DNA from: an uncultured Salinivenus sp.
Lineage (GTDB): Bacteria > Bacteroidota > Rhodothermia > Rhodothermales > Salinibacteraceae
Assembly: GCA_964445365.1 (NCBI GenBank)
Contig: CAYULG010000001.1
Location: 1-56,079, forward strand
Direction of reading: 5' to 3'
Length of the DNA stretch: 56,079 nucleotides
A program made the translations under genes and the position numbers. Positions within the stretch are counted from its first letter, which is position 1; each line of letters begins with the position of its first letter. Shown here piece after piece: positions 7,846 to 18,068 of the stretch. The notes beneath the pieces are model-generated. The model did not search any database. It was not told the DNA's origin and saw nothing but the letters and a program-made list of their open reading frames with translations.

Positions 7846-10530
7846 ATGTTCGATTTCCTTTTACGGAGTGACCGACGCCCTGTCTTCGTGCTCCTAATGG
7901 GAATTTTCTGCTTCGCCCCGACGCTTGCTGCCGGTCAGGTACCCGTTCCGGAAGACGTATTCGGTTTCGAGCCGGGCGCCGATCGCAAGCTGGCGAATTA
8001 CGATCAGGTGACGACCTACTACGCCCAACTGACCGAGGCGAGCGACCGGGTTCAGATGAAGGCCATTGGGACGACGGTTGAGGGGCGGTCGATGAAGCTG
8101 CTCTTCATCTCGAGCGCCGAAAACCTTGACAATCTCGACCGCTGGCGTGAGGTCAGCTCGACCCTCGCCCGGGCCCGTGTGGACGAGGAGAAGGCCCAGT
8201 CGCTCTCCCGGGAGAGTCCCGCTATCGTTTGGGTCGACGCCGGCCTGCACTCTACGGAGCGAGCGCCCGGTCAGGCCATGCCCGCGCTCGCTCACCGGAT
8301 GGTGACCGAGGAGAGTGCGGAAATGCAGAAGATCCGGGAAAACGTGGTGCTCCTTCTGATGCCGATGATGAATCCGGACGGGTTGGATATTGTGGAAAAT
8401 TGGTACGACCGCGTGCTCGGTACTCCCTACGAGACCAGCAATCCCCCGTGGCTCTACCACAAATACGTGGGCCACGACAACAACCGCGACTGGTTCATGA
8501 ACACGATGCCGGAGACGCGGGCGGTCACGGACGTGATCTTCAACGAGTGGTACCCGCAGATCGTCGTCAATCACCATCAGACGGCGCCGGACTGGGCACG
8601 CATCTTTATCCCGCCGTTCACGGGTCCCGTCAATCCAAACATCCATCCCGGTGTGGTGAGTGGCGTCAACCAGGTGGGGACGGCGATGGGGCAGCGATTT
8701 GCAATGAAGGACATGCCGGGGGTGATTTCGAACGACACGTTTACTATGTTCTGGAACGGCGGGATGCGCACGGCGCCCTACTTCCACAACCAGATCGGCA
8801 TCCTCACGGAGGTGGCCCACGCCACGCCCACCCCGCGTTACTACGAGCCCGATTCGCTACCCGACCGCGTGGGGTACGGCAACCCGCAGGCGACCGACGG
8901 AACGGCGCTTTTCTATACCGATCCCTGGCCGGGTGGCGAATCACGCTTCCGTGACGCCGTCAACTACACGAACACCGCGTCGATGGGCGTGCTTGACGTG
9001 GCGGCCGACCGCCCGCAGCAGTTTCTCTACAACATGTACCGCATGGGCCGCGACGCCATTGAGGCGGGTGAGCGGGGCGATCCGTATGCCTACGTCATCC
9101 CCCCGGATCAGTGGCACCCACGCGAGGCGCACACCCTCGTCAACATCTTGCGACAGGGGGGCGTGGAGGTTGACCGCGCCACGTCTTCGTTCGAGGCTGG
9201 GGGAGAAAGCTATCCGTCCGGCTCCTTCGTCGTCCCGGCGAGCCAGGCCTTTCGCCCATTCGTGATGGACATGCTTGAGCCCCAGGAGTATCCCACCCGC
9301 CGCACGGCGACGGGTGAGCCGGAGACGCCCTACGACCTCGCGGGCTGGACGCTCCCGATGCAGATGGGCGTGACGGTCGACCGGGTGAACGCCCCCTTCG
9401 ACGCTCCGGCAACCGCTGTGATCGACTCGGTTGCGCCCGCTCCCCGCCCCGTGCAGGGCAATGCGAGTTTCGGCTATGCGCTGTCTCACCGACCCAACAC
9501 GAGCATCGAAGCCGTGAACGAACTCCTTTCGGCCGGAGAAACGGTCCACTGGGCCGAAGAGGGGCTCTCCGTGCGCGGCACCGACCTGGGACCGGGCACC
9601 ATCGTGGTCGAACGCCAGGACACGACCGCGGATCGGGTGGAGCGGATCGCTCGGGAGCACGGCCTAACCGTCCGGGGACTGCGGTCGGAGCCGGCCGGCC
9701 CCCTCCACGAGCTGAATCCGCCCCGCGTGGCCATCTACAAGTCCTGGGTGCCGAGCATGGACGAGGGCTGGACCCGGTGGGTGCTACAGGAGTACGATCT
9801 GCCGGTGGACACCCTCCACGACGCGGACGTGCGGACTCGTGATCTCTCGCAGTACTCGGCCATCATTCTGCCGCACCACTACTCGAACGACGTTCTCCTG
9901 AACGGGCACGACCCAAGCGAAATGCCGGGCGAATTTGTGGGGGGACTGGGGATCGAGGGGACGGCCGCGCTGGAGCAGTACGTGACCAACGGCGGCACCG
10001 TCGTCGCCTTCGACCAGGCCAGCAACTTTGCAATCAAGCAGTTCGGGCTGCCCGTCGAGGACATTACAGAGGGGCTGTCCAGTAACGAGTTCTTCATTCC
10101 CGGATCCCTCATCCGCGCCACCGTCAATACGGCGCACCCGCTGGCGTACGGCATGCAGGACACCGTCGCGGCCTCCTTCAGCCAGAGCCGGGCCTTCGAA
10201 GCGGTGCGTCCGGACCAGAGGGGCGAGGGGGGGCGCGAGGACACGGAACTGACCAATCCTCCCCCGGTGGAGGTCGTGGCTCGCTATGCCGACGATGATC
10301 TCCTTATGAGCGGGTGGGCGCTGGGGGAAAAGGAGCACATCGGCGGCACACCGGCGATGGTGCGCGTTCGAGAGGGGGAGGGGGACGTGGTCCTCTTTGG
10401 CTTCCGGCCCCAGTTCCGCGGCCAGCCGCGCGGCACCTACAAACTTCTTTTCAACGCCCTGCACGCCGCCACGATTGACGACCTGCCCCGGGTTGGCCAG
10501 GTCTCCGCCGATCCGTTCGCGGCGGACTGA
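7846..10530 (+). CDS. Secreted M14 family zinc carboxypeptidase with C-terminal GATase-like domain
   Basis: Signal peptide ending TLAAG, GLHSTE (HxxE), NPDG, DNNRD, NHHQ, DEGWTRW, FGFRPQFR. Confidence 0.88.
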   Translation: MFDFLLRSDRRPVFVLLMGIFCFAPTLAAGQVPVPEDVFGFEPGADRKLANYDQVTTYYAQLTEASDRVQMKAIGTTVEGRSMKLLFISSAENLDNLDRWREVSSTLARARVDEEKAQSLSRESPAIVWVDAGLHSTERAPGQAMPALAHRMVTEESAEMQKIRENVVLLLMPMMNPDGLDIVENWYDRVLGTPYETSNPPWLYHKYVGHDNNRDWFMNTMPETRAVTDVIFNEWYPQIVVNHHQTAPDWARIFIPPFTGPVNPNIHPGVVSGVNQVGTAMGQRFAMKDMPGVISNDTFTMFWNGGMRTAPYFHNQIGILTEVAHATPTPRYYEPDSLPDRVGYGNPQATDGTALFYTDPWPGGESRFRDAVNYTNTASMGVLDVAADRPQQFLYNMYRMGRDAIEAGERGDPYAYVIPPDQWHPREAHTLVNILRQGGVEVDRATSSFEAGGESYPSGSFVVPASQAFRPFVMDMLEPQEYPTRRTATGEPETPYDLAGWTLPMQMGVTVDRVNAPFDAPATAVIDSVAPAPRPVQGNASFGYALSHRPNTSIEAVNELLSAGETVHWAEEGLSVRGTDLGPGTIVVERQDTTADRVERIAREHGLTVRGLRSEPAGPLHELNPPRVAIYKSWVPSMDEGWTRWVLQEYDLPVDTLHDADVRTRDLSQYSAIILPHHYSNDVLLNGHDPSEMPGEFVGGLGIEGTAALEQYVTNGGTVVAFDQASNFAIKQFGLPVEDITEGLSSNEFFIPGSLIRATVNTAHPLAYGMQDTVAASFSQSRAFEAVRPDQRGEGGREDTELTNPPPVEVVARYADDDLLMSGWALGEKEHIGGTPAMVRVREGEGDVVLFGFRPQFRGQPRGTYKLLFNALHAATIDDLPRVGQVSADPFAAD

Positions 10531-10533
10531 TGG

Positions 10534-11319
10534 TCATCGCAGTTGGGTGAGCAGCACGCCGGCCTCCTGCTTGTGCTCGCGGTCGAACGGGGAGCCGGCC
10601 GTTTCGAGGGCCACGCGCAACTGGGCCCGAGCGTCGTCCTCGCGGCCGAGCGCCAGATACGTCTTCGCCAGTTCGAGGTGATTGTACGGCTTGGACTCCC
10701 GCGCGATTGCGTGGTTGAAGTCCCGGATGGCCTGCTCGTAGGAGGCGTCGGGCAGGCCGCCGTAGAGCGCTTTTACCAAGGTGCGCGTGATGAAATTCAG
10801 GTCGGCCACCTCGCGGTGCCAGCGGCCCCGGAGGTGATAGGCGCCCGCCAGGGTCGAGTCCAGGGCGATGGCCCGGTCGGCGTGTCGCTTCACCGCTCGG
10901 GATAGCGTGATGCGTCTGGACCGTCCGACGTGGAGGGTGAGCCGGCCTGCGGTGAGCGCCGCGCAGAGATGGGCATGGGCGCTGGTCGAATCCATACGGA
11001 TGGCCGTGTCGGCCATTGCCTTGGCCTCCTTGTAGTGGGCGATCGCGGCGTCTTTTCCCTCGGTGACCTTCCCGAGATCCGTGTGGAGAAGGGCCCGTCG
11101 CCACTGCAGGCCGACCCGATTCGGATGCTGATTAGCGAGGGAGTCGAGCATCGCCACCGCCGTCCCGAACTGGCGGTGGGACCGCAGGCTATCGACGGTG
11201 GCCAACTCCTCTTCGAGCGGCGGGGAGGGCATCGGTGACGGTGCTGCGGCCAAAAGGACAGACAGAAGTACGGTGCCCGTCCCCAGTGAGGCTGCCCAAA
11301 AGAGAGAAGGACGCGACAT
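10534..11319 (-). CDS. Exported TPR protein (RMDN-like)
   Basis: Signal peptide, helical TPR repeats, GRWHREVADLN...LYGGLPDASYE. Confidence 0.8.
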   Translation of the reverse strand: MSRPSLFWAASLGTGTVLLSVLLAAAPSPMPSPPLEEELATVDSLRSHRQFGTAVAMLDSLANQHPNRVGLQWRRALLHTDLGKVTEGKDAAIAHYKEAKAMADTAIRMDSTSAHAHLCAALTAGRLTLHVGRSRRITLSRAVKRHADRAIALDSTLAGAYHLRGRWHREVADLNFITRTLVKALYGGLPDASYEQAIRDFNHAIARESKPYNHLELAKTYLALGREDDARAQLRVALETAGSPFDREHKQEAGVLLTQLR

Positions 11320-11564
11320 GGGAGGGAAGCAGAGTAGCGGGGCCGTCGAGGCCCGGATCCGGAAGCGTGCAGTCCCATGCCAAGCACCCGGGTGTAATCG
11401 TACTACGGCGACCAGGTGCAGTTCAGGGCACGGTTCACAGCCGCCGGGCTAATTGGGCGTTAGCGACCGACTCTGAACGGCTCGGTCCGACTGAACGAGG
11501 AACGCGAGGGGGCGTTTGGGAGACCGCTATCATTTCTAACTCTCTTCTCGATTCTGCCGTCTGT

Positions 11565-13265
11565 ATGACTCTTGCCCACACCGACGACCGGCAGTGGTGG
11601 AAAGAAGCCATCGTCTACCAGATCTACCCCCGGAGCTTCAACGACACCACCGGCTCCGGCAGCGGCGACCTGGCCGGCATCACCGCCAAGCTCGATTACT
11701 TGACCGACCTGGGGGTGGATGTCGTGTGGGTGAGCCCCGTCTACGACTCGCCGATGAACGACAACGGCTACGACATCCGCGACTACCGGGCCATCGACGA
11801 CCGCTTCGGCACGATGGCCGACTTCGACGAGATGCTGGCCGCGATGCACGACCGCGGCATCCGGCTTATGATGGACCTCGTCGTCAACCACTCCTCCAGT
11901 GAGCACGAGTGGTTTCGGCAGTCGCGGCAGTCGACGGACAATCCGTACCGCGACTACTACCACTGGCGGCCGCCGGCCGACGACGGGGGGCCACCTACCA
12001 ACTGGCGCTCCTGCTTCGGCGGATCGGCCTGGACCTTCGAGGAGGAAACCGGCGAATACTACCTCCACCTTTTCGACGACACGCAGCCCGACCTCAACTG
12101 GACCAACCCAGCGGTGCGGGCGGAGGTGTACGACTTGATGCGCTTCTGGCTCGACAAAGGCGTAGATGGCTTCCGGATGGACGTCATTCCGTTCATTTCC
12201 AAGCCCCCGTTTGAGGATCATCCCGACGCGGCGGGCGACGACCTGTTCGGCTTCTACGCTGGGGGGCCCCACGTGCACGATTACCTCCAGGAGATGCACC
12301 AGCGGGTCTTGACCGATTACGACGTGATGACGGTCGGAGAGGGGCAGGGCGTGCGTCCCGAGGACGCCCGGCGCTACGCCGGACGCGAGCGTCAAGAACT
12401 CCAGTCCTTCTTCTACTTCGACCACGTCGGGATCGGCCGCGCCGACGGGGACTGGAACCAGCCCGCAGACTGGACCCTCCCGGACCTGAAGCAGACGATC
12501 GCGACCTGGGACGAGGCGTTCGGGGACGCCGCCTGGCCCAGCGTCTTCCTGGGCAACCACGACCTGCCGCGGGCGGTCTCGTACTTCGCGGACGACCGGC
12601 CCGGGTACCGTCGCCGCTCGGCCAAAATGCTCGCGACGCTTCTCTTCACCCTGCGCGGCACACCCTACGTATACCAGGGCGACGAGATCGGCATGACGAA
12701 CACACTCTTCGAGACGCTCGACGACTTCGAAGACCTCAACACCATCAACGACGTGCACGAGAAGGTGGCGGCGGGGATGGATCGCGAGACGGCCCTGGAG
12801 CACCACCGTCGGCTGAGCCGCGATCACGCCCGCACGCCGATGCAGTGGGGCGATTCTGAGCACGCCGGCTTTACGAACGGAAGGCCCTGGCTGCGGGTGA
12901 ACCCCAACTACGACCGGATCAACGTGACGGCGGCCCGGAACGACCCCGACTCGGTCTGGCATTACTATCGCAGGCTCATCACCCTCCGCCGCAAACGCGA
13001 TGTCCTCGTGTACGGCGACTACGAACTCGTGGCGCCCGAGCACCCCGACGTGTTCGCTTATCGCCGGACGCTCGGAGAAAAGGAGGTGGTCGTCTCGCTC
13101 AATTTCACGGACGAACCCGTCTCCTTTGAACGGATCGCTGAGCAAACGGGTGCGTCTCCCGCGCGCCTCATCGGAACGTACGACGAGCCGACAGCCGACG
13201 AGGGAGGACGTGTACTTCGGCCCTACGAGGGACGCGTCGACGCCGTTGGGGAGAGGGAGGAATAA
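11565..13265 (+). CDS. GH13 alpha-glucosidase / oligo-1,6-glucosidase
   Basis: YQIYPRSF, DNGYD, DLVVNH, QPDLN, GFRMDV, VGE, NHD catalytic regions. Confidence 0.93.
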   Translation: MTLAHTDDRQWWKEAIVYQIYPRSFNDTTGSGSGDLAGITAKLDYLTDLGVDVVWVSPVYDSPMNDNGYDIRDYRAIDDRFGTMADFDEMLAAMHDRGIRLMMDLVVNHSSSEHEWFRQSRQSTDNPYRDYYHWRPPADDGGPPTNWRSCFGGSAWTFEEETGEYYLHLFDDTQPDLNWTNPAVRAEVYDLMRFWLDKGVDGFRMDVIPFISKPPFEDHPDAAGDDLFGFYAGGPHVHDYLQEMHQRVLTDYDVMTVGEGQGVRPEDARRYAGRERQELQSFFYFDHVGIGRADGDWNQPADWTLPDLKQTIATWDEAFGDAAWPSVFLGNHDLPRAVSYFADDRPGYRRRSAKMLATLLFTLRGTPYVYQGDEIGMTNTLFETLDDFEDLNTINDVHEKVAAGMDRETALEHHRRLSRDHARTPMQWGDSEHAGFTNGRPWLRVNPNYDRINVTAARNDPDSVWHYYRRLITLRRKRDVLVYGDYELVAPEHPDVFAYRRTLGEKEVVVSLNFTDEPVSFERIAEQTGASPARLIGTYDEPTADEGGRVLRPYEGRVDAVGEREE

Positions 13266-13383
13266 GTGGTAGCATCGCAGGACTTGAAAAAAAATGAACC
13301 ACGGCCGGGGAAGCTGTTGTTTTATGCCCTAAATATCGACAATGGCATTACGCTGTCCCGCGTCCCGTCTCGTCCCGTCCCCC

Positions 13384-16300
13384 ATGTCTGACGTCATCTC
13401 TCCTTCCCCGTCCACAGATTCCTCGTCCACAGAATCGGACCGCCCGCTCGTCGTGGGGCTGGGCGGCTCGGCCGGCGCCGTCGAGGCACTGCAGCACTTT
13501 TTCGACGCGGTGCCCGAGGAGCCGGGGCTCGCGTTTGTCGTCGTCATGCACCTGGCGCCCGAAGAGACGAGCCACATGGCCGAGGTGCTTCAGGACCACA
13601 CCTCGATGCCGGTCACCCAGGTGAGCGAGCCGGTTGCCATTGAGGCCGATCACGTGTACGTCGTGGCTCCGGGGCAGACGCTCGTCGTGGAGGAAACGAC
13701 GCTCGTTCCCTCTGCAATGGAGGGGCAGAAAGAGCGGCGGCATCCCATCGATCGCTTCTTTCGCTCCCTGGCGAAGGCGCCCCTCGAATCGATCGGCGTT
13801 GTCTTCTCTGGGGCCGGAACGGACGGCAGCTTAGGGCTTCGAGCCATCACCGAAGCCGGGGGGCTCACCGCGGCTCAGGATCCCGGGGAGGCCGCACACG
13901 ACAGCATGCCCCGAAGTGCCGTCGAGACAAGCCGGGTGGACCTCGTGCTGCCGGTGGCCGACCTCGCGCGCCGACTGTGCGAACAGCGGGCCATCCTCCG
14001 CCGGCTTCAAGAGTTGGGCGAGACCGAAGAGGTGCTCCCGGAAGAGAAGCAGGAGATCCTGCAAGCCATCTTCGAACAGGTGCGGAGCCAGACGGGTCAC
14101 GACTTCAGCCAGTACAAGCGCTCCACCATGCTACGCCGCATCCGACGGCGTTTGCAGGTGCACCAGATTGCGTCACTCGACGAGTATCGGGCCTATCTGG
14201 ACGAGCATCCGGGAGAGGCTACGGCCCTGCAGAAAGACCTGCTGATCAGCGTCACAAACTTCTTCCGAAACCCAGAGGCCTATGGCGCTCTGCGGGAGGA
14301 GGTGCTCCCTTCACTGCTTTCGAGGAAGGGAGTGGACGACGAGCTTCGGGCGTGGGTCGTCGGCTGTGCGTCCGGGGAAGAGGCCTACTCGATTGCCATG
14401 CTCCTGCTGGAGCAAGCTGCCAAGTCGGACCTTTTGACCGAACAGATCCAGATTTTTGCCTCGGATCTCGACGAAGGCGCTCTGGCCACGGCCCGGGAGG
14501 GCCGCTACCCCGAGGCCGTCTCCGCCGACGTTCCGGAGCGCTACCTCGACCGTTTCTTCCGCAAGGACGGGGCCGAGTACGTCGTACAGGAATCAGTTCA
14601 AGAGCGGGTGCTATTTACGCCCCACGATTTGCTGCGGGACCCGCCCTTCTCAAACCTCGACCTCATTTCGTGCCGCAACCTGCTCATTTACCTTCGTCGG
14701 GACCTCCAACGGTCGGTCTTCGACCTCTTTAGCTATGCCCTGAATGAGGAGGGCTATCTGTTTTTGGGCAACTCTGAGTCGGTCGATCTTTCGGACGACC
14801 TGTTCCAGCCGGTGCGAAAGACGCATCGATTGTACCAGCGGCAGAAGGGCCCCCGCACCGTGCCGGAGTTGCCCGCCCTGCCGCTCTCGTCCAGTACGAT
14901 CGAGCCCCCGTCACCTGATCCTCTTGATACGGACCGGTCCTCCGAGGCGGCCCTCCACCGTCGCCTCCTGGAGAGCTACGCGCCGCCCAGCGTCGTCGTC
15001 AACGAAGACCACACGTTCCTGCACCTCTCGCAGACTGCGGGGCGGTACCTGCAACATCCCGGGGGGACGCCCAACTCCAATATCGTCGACATCGTGCGAC
15101 CGGAGCTCCGGGTCAAGCTGCGGTCGGCCCTCCGCGAGGCCTTCGACCAGGCAACAACGGTCCGCACCCGTCCGGTGACGGTGCAGTTCGACGGGGACGC
15201 CCGTCCCGTTCGGCTCGTGGTGCGGCCCGCACAAGACCTGCCCGAGGCGAGCAGGCTCGCCCTCGTCGTGTTCATCGAGTCCGAGGAAGAGGAGGTCGCT
15301 CCCGACGAGGACCTGGGCCTTGACGAACAAGCCGACGGGCGCACGGAGAGGCTCGAATCGGAACTGGATCAAACCAAGAAAGAGCTCCGGTCGACCCTCG
15401 AGGAGTACGAAACCTCGAAGCAGGAAATGCGGGCCGCCAACGAGGAGCTCCGGTCCATGAATGAGGAGTACAAATCGATGACGGAGGAGCTGGAAACGAG
15501 CAAAGAAGAACTCCAGTCGGTCAACGAGGAACTAAAAACCGTCAACCGGGAGCTCGAGGAAAAAGTTGACGCGTTGCAGGAGGCCAACAGCGACCTGAAG
15601 AACCTCATGGCTTCCACAAACATCGGCACGCTTTTTCTCGACGGGGCCCTCTGTATTCGGCGCTATACTCCCCGGATCGAAGAGTTTTTCAGTGTGCGAG
15701 ACTCGGACCTGGAGCGCCCCGTCAGTGAGCTCACGCATCAACTCCAGTTCGACGAGTTGGAAGCCGATGCGCGAGAGGTTTTGGACACCCAGGATCCCGT
15801 CGAACGAGAGGTGAGAAGTGAACAGGGCAACTGGTTTTTGGTGCGATATCATCCGTACCGGCCGGTGGAGGCCCCCGAGGCGGGTGAGTCCGTCGAAGGT
15901 GTGGTCATTTCGTTCGTGGACATCACGCGCCGCGTCGAGGCCGAACAGGACCTGCGCGCCTCGCACAAGGAGCTGCAGGACCGCACCGAACAGGTGCAGG
16001 CGCTTTCCCGGGCGCTCACGTCGGCGGAAGAGCGGGAACGGAAGCGCATCAGCAAAATTTTGCACGACGACCTGCAGCAGACCATGTTCGCCGCCCGTAT
16101 GCGGGTGGATCACCTGCAGGAACAGAGCACGTTCGATACGGAACAGAGCGGCCTTGCGGCCCGGGCGATTGAGTTGCTCGACGAGGGCGTAGAAAAGGCC
16201 CGCACCCTCTCGCATGAACTCGACCCGCCGGTCGGCGACCAATCGCTGCGCGACTCGCTGGACTGGCTTGCCCTTCAGATGGAAGACTCGTACGGCCTTT

Positions 16301-16665
16301 CGGTGGCGGTGCTGGCGAGGGGGGCGGCGAAGACGACGGACAAGAACCTCCGGTACCTTCTTTTTCGACTTGTGCGGGAGCTGCTCTTCAACGTCGTGAA
16401 GCACGCCGACGTCGACGAGGCGACGGTGCTGCTCGTGGAGGGGGAGGACCGTCTGCGGGTGGTGGTGGAAGACGAGGGCGCCGGGTTCGATCCGGACGAA
16501 CAGCTGCAGGGTGAGGCCGGGCTGGGGCTCGTCGGGGTTCGCGAGCGCATCGAAATGATTGGGGGCACGTTCACGGTCGATTCGGCTCCGGGGGAGGGTA
16601 CGCGCGTGGCGATTGAGGTGTCGTTGGACACCGACGTGCTAGAACCGACTACGAGGCTGGAGTAG
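13384..16665 (+). CDS. CheB-CheR-PAS-histidine kinase hybrid
   Basis: CheB (GGSAGA, VMHL, GTDG), CheR (SVTNFFRN, GCASGEEAYS, CRNLLIY), EEL coiled coil, PAS, HisKA_3 LHDDLQQ, HATPase NVVKHA/DEGAGF/GLGL. Confidence 0.93.
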   Translation: MSDVISPSPSTDSSSTESDRPLVVGLGGSAGAVEALQHFFDAVPEEPGLAFVVVMHLAPEETSHMAEVLQDHTSMPVTQVSEPVAIEADHVYVVAPGQTLVVEETTLVPSAMEGQKERRHPIDRFFRSLAKAPLESIGVVFSGAGTDGSLGLRAITEAGGLTAAQDPGEAAHDSMPRSAVETSRVDLVLPVADLARRLCEQRAILRRLQELGETEEVLPEEKQEILQAIFEQVRSQTGHDFSQYKRSTMLRRIRRRLQVHQIASLDEYRAYLDEHPGEATALQKDLLISVTNFFRNPEAYGALREEVLPSLLSRKGVDDELRAWVVGCASGEEAYSIAMLLLEQAAKSDLLTEQIQIFASDLDEGALATAREGRYPEAVSADVPERYLDRFFRKDGAEYVVQESVQERVLFTPHDLLRDPPFSNLDLISCRNLLIYLRRDLQRSVFDLFSYALNEEGYLFLGNSESVDLSDDLFQPVRKTHRLYQRQKGPRTVPELPALPLSSSTIEPPSPDPLDTDRSSEAALHRRLLESYAPPSVVVNEDHTFLHLSQTAGRYLQHPGGTPNSNIVDIVRPELRVKLRSALREAFDQATTVRTRPVTVQFDGDARPVRLVVRPAQDLPEASRLALVVFIESEEEEVAPDEDLGLDEQADGRTERLESELDQTKKELRSTLEEYETSKQEMRAANEELRSMNEEYKSMTEELETSKEELQSVNEELKTVNRELEEKVDALQEANSDLKNLMASTNIGTLFLDGALCIRRYTPRIEEFFSVRDSDLERPVSELTHQLQFDELEADAREVLDTQDPVEREVRSEQGNWFLVRYHPYRPVEAPEAGESVEGVVISFVDITRRVEAEQDLRASHKELQDRTEQVQALSRALTSAEERERKRISKILHDDLQQTMFAARMRVDHLQEQSTFDTEQSGLAARAIELLDEGVEKARTLSHELDPPVGDQSLRDSLDWLALQMEDSYGLSVAVLARGAAKTTDKNLRYLLFRLVRELLFNVVKHADVDEATVLLVEGEDRLRVVVEDEGAGFDPDEQLQGEAGLGLVGVRERIEMIGGTFTVDSAPGEGTRVAIEVSLDTDVLEPTTRLE

Positions 16666-16767
16666 CTCTGTCGACCGCCGTCTTGTCTTGACCCGGGCTC
16701 GACTGAACGTTCGTTGGGGGAGGAGAGTACGGAAAGGAAGCCTCGGTCCTAAGGGGGCTCTCCGTTC

Positions 16768-16992
16768 ATGACAAAACGTTATTTCGTGCCCGACTCCGAT
16801 CAACGATATCGCCAGTACGCCGGACTTGCCGTTGTGATTGTCGCCTTCGTCGGAGGCATCGTAGGGTGGAGCTGGGCGGCCCTGTCCGTCGAGTCTGGGC
16901 CGTCGTCCCCCGACTCCACCCACACGCGAGTTGAGCCCTCCGACCCCGCTTCGGGACCGACGCCCACTGAAACAAACCCAGATGGCCTGTAA
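16768..16992 (+). CDS. Small single-pass membrane protein
   Basis: ATG start, one hydrophobic stretch, Pro/Ser-rich tail; fills the intergenic gap. Confidence 0.5.
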   Translation: MTKRYFVPDSDQRYRQYAGLAVVIVAFVGGIVGWSWAALSVESGPSSPDSTHTRVEPSDPASGPTPTETNPDGL

Positions 16993-17045
16993 CGAAGCCA
17001 AGCTGGGGGTCATGGGATTCATCTATTTCTGCCGACTGAGCCGCC

Positions 17046-17885
17046 ATGTGCCTTCGTGCTTTCGTTTTTGGCGTTCTCGCCCTTGGACTGGTGGGGGGAA
17101 GAGGAACGGCCCACGCCCAGGATTCGACCCGAGCCCCGACGACGGTCGTTCGCGACTCGATGGACCACGGCGCCTTCGACCGGGTGCTCCGCCGCTTCGT
17201 CGACACGGAGGGGCAGGTTGACTACGCCGGCCTGACAGCCCGGGCCGACTCGGTCCTCCGCCCCTACCTGACCCAGCTTGCGACCACGGATCCGGCCGCC
17301 CTCGCCCGCGACGCACGCCTGGCTTTCTGGATCAACGCATACAATGCCCTCACCCTGAAGCTCATCGTCGACCACTACCCGGTTGAGAACATCTGGGGCA
17401 TCACGCCGGGGCCGGCAGAACCGAAGGACGACAGCCCTTTCGAACGGGCGGTGGCGACGGTCGCCGACACCGTCCGAACGCTCGACGAGATCGAGCACGA
17501 CATCATCCGCGAGCGCTTCGACGAGCCCCGCATTCACTTCGCGTTGGTCTGTGCCGCGGAAAGTTGTCCTGTGCTCCGCCGCGAGGCCTACACGGGGCCC
17601 GGCCTCGACCACCAACTGGACAACCAGGCCCGCACCTTCCTCCACGATGAGAGCAAAAACCGCATCCCCGCCGAGGAGGACCGAATTGCCCTGTCCCGCA
17701 TCCTCAAGTGGTACGGGGAGGACTTCGGCCCCACGACCGATGCGCTTCAAAGGGCTATTGCCTCTTACTTCGACGGACGCCTGAACGAACGACTTGCGTC
17801 GGCGGGCTACAGGGTAACGTATCTTCCCTACGACTGGTCGCTCAACGATCAGGCTGACGGCCCGGCCTCTGCTTCTGAGGAGTAG
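17046..17885 (+). CDS. Exported DUF547 domain protein
   Basis: Signal peptide, VDY, LAFWINAYNA, EPRIHFALVCAAESCP, YDWSLN. Confidence 0.9.
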   Translation: MCLRAFVFGVLALGLVGGRGTAHAQDSTRAPTTVVRDSMDHGAFDRVLRRFVDTEGQVDYAGLTARADSVLRPYLTQLATTDPAALARDARLAFWINAYNALTLKLIVDHYPVENIWGITPGPAEPKDDSPFERAVATVADTVRTLDEIEHDIIRERFDEPRIHFALVCAAESCPVLRREAYTGPGLDHQLDNQARTFLHDESKNRIPAEEDRIALSRILKWYGEDFGPTTDALQRAIASYFDGRLNERLASAGYRVTYLPYDWSLNDQADGPASASEE

Positions 17886-18068
17886 GGGGGACTCCAACAG
17901 GCGGAGCGGCACTCGGGCCTCTCTCACGCTCTTGTCGAGAATTCTCCCGGGAGGATGGAGCGCCCGGCCTCTCCCTTCGAACATTTACGGAGGGCCCCGG
18001 GTATCTTCAGCCAGACAATGGGGTTGCCCCTCCTTTCGCCGTTCACTTCACCCAGCCTTCCTTCACGC

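Noticed and set aside
11460-13145. Long antisense ORFs (also 184-1521, 45153-46394, 47146-48549 and others)
   Set aside because: They are shadows of well-supported genes on the opposite strand, expected from high-GC codon bias, and carry no recognisable motifs.
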